Below are positions 62,560 through 64,000 of a stretch of DNA of 64,000 bases, piece by piece; position 1 is the first letter of the stretch, and each line of letters starts with the position of its first letter. The position numbers and the translations under genes are program-made. The stretch is from Octopus sinensis (Eukaryota). The stretch spans positions 82,336,001 to 82,400,000 of the forward strand of contig NC_043004.1 in NCBI RefSeq assembly GCF_006345805.1, in the 5' to 3' direction. The notes below the pieces were generated by a model, which saw only the letters and a program-made list of their open reading frames with translations, had not been told where the DNA came from and searched no databases.

Positions 62560-64000
62560 TGATTTAGTTATCGCAGTTATTTATATAATTATTAGATTTT
62601 AACTCTACGTTTATTTGTAAGACTTTACTTAGCCAAAGAGATATATAGATCGTTAATAGTAATATGAGTTTTTTTAAAGTGAGGTTTCATGTATTTACAT
62701 TTATTGATAGCATAAATTTTAGTCTTTATTAACTATATTTGTTGATAGTTATTTAGTTATTATTTTAAATATTTTATAATTGTTAGATGTGTACTTAAAT
62801 CTAATATATGAATAATATTTTTTAGTTAATTAATTTGGTAATTAAATTTTTGGACTATAACTGAGTTAAGGATATTTGTGTGTTTATTTTTTTTTTTAGC
62901 TATTTTGTATATTCATAAATATCTCTAATAGTTGACTTCGTCTATTATAACTTATATATTGCTATTTTCAATTGATAATTTGTAGTAGTATTTTCATTGA
63001 TAAATATATTAGTAGTATTTATTGGATACTATATAACTACGGATTGATAATTTCATTAAGTATTTCTTTGTTGAAGATATGTATTTCATTATTTCATTTT
63101 AGTTCTTAACAATAAGGTTTTTATAAGTTATTAATTAGCCAACGAGATATATGAGTCGTTAATTAGTTATAGCTTTCTTTTAAGATTGTTTGTTTGTTTA
63201 CAATTTGCTTTTTCATCTTTAATCTTTTAATTTGTAATATATTTCATAAGTAATAATGAATAATTAATTTATTAGGTTTTTATTATAAGTGCATATATAA
63301 TTTTTGATAGAGATAATTTTAGATCTTAATTCTTATATTTATATACATTTATATATATTCATTGATAATTTAGTTACTATTCAAATATTATATAATTATT
63401 TGATTTGAAATTAAATTTAATAATATGAATAGTGATTATTTTTATTTTTTATTTATTTATAATTTTTTATTTATTTGTTTTTGTTAAAATATTTAGGTAA
63501 ATTAGATATTGACTATAACTGTGATTAGATTATTTGTGGGCTTATGTTTTTTTAAAGCCATATTAAATCTGAATAGATAAATACATTTTCTATTTATTAA
63601 AAATTAATATTTAACATTATAATCGATTGTATGACGTAATCATAATCGTTAAAGTTTCTAGTTTGATAATAGAGTTTTTTATAAGAAAAATTATCATTTT
63701 ATTTATTTCTTTAAAAAATATTGTTTAAATATATTTGATTATTTATTTAACTATTATCATTAACCTGAAGATTGACTATAACCATAATTCGAATTATTAA
63801 CTGAATTTAAATTATTGTTATTCGAATTAGGTTATGGGCATGAAAAGATCGTAGAGGTTTTACTTTTTATCTTATATTACTTTTTATTCTTTTTGATAGT
63901 TATATATATTTAATAAATAAATAAATATTTAAAAATGAATAAATAAATAAATAAAAAATAAATAAATATATAAAGTTAAAAATTAAAAATTATTAATTTA
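62560..64000. repeat. Extremely AT-rich decayed tandem array, monomer roughly 250-265 bp
   Basis: GACTATAAC(T/C)..TATTTGTG..AGCC blocks at about 62595, 62852, 63510 and 63774. TAGCCAA.GAGATATAT..TCGTTAAT at 62630 and 63137. Confidence 0.5.

Noticed and set aside
62560-64000. Possible mitochondrial insertion (NUMT)
   Set aside because: No mitochondrial gene or tRNA was recognisable in the short stretches I translated, and internal repeats argue for a satellite.

Overview
Eukaryotic, AT-rich, very repeat-dense DNA. The SINE families and microsatellite load resemble a coleoid cephalopod, probably Octopus (inferred from memory, not searched). No host protein-coding exon can be identified with confidence, and most listed ORFs are microsatellite or low-complexity artefacts. 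The window holds fragments of several retrotransposon clades (Tx1/L1, R4/Dong, RTE, Penelope-like), four tRNA-derived SINE families, and DNA-transposon derivatives (mariner, Tc1, hAT-like, Merlin-like MITEs and a Helitron). The most interesting signal is a set of at least six sequence-distinct minimal type I hammerhead ribozyme (HHR) motifs, all with a palindromic, dimer-type stem III. Some carry core variants (U3-A8 covariation, U4C). They occur in a tRNA-headed SINE, in long fold-back hairpins in or beside (TA)n tracts whose junctions often map to the HHR, and possibly in a decayed tandem array at the window end. All structures were read by eye, and SINE and repeat boundaries are approximate.
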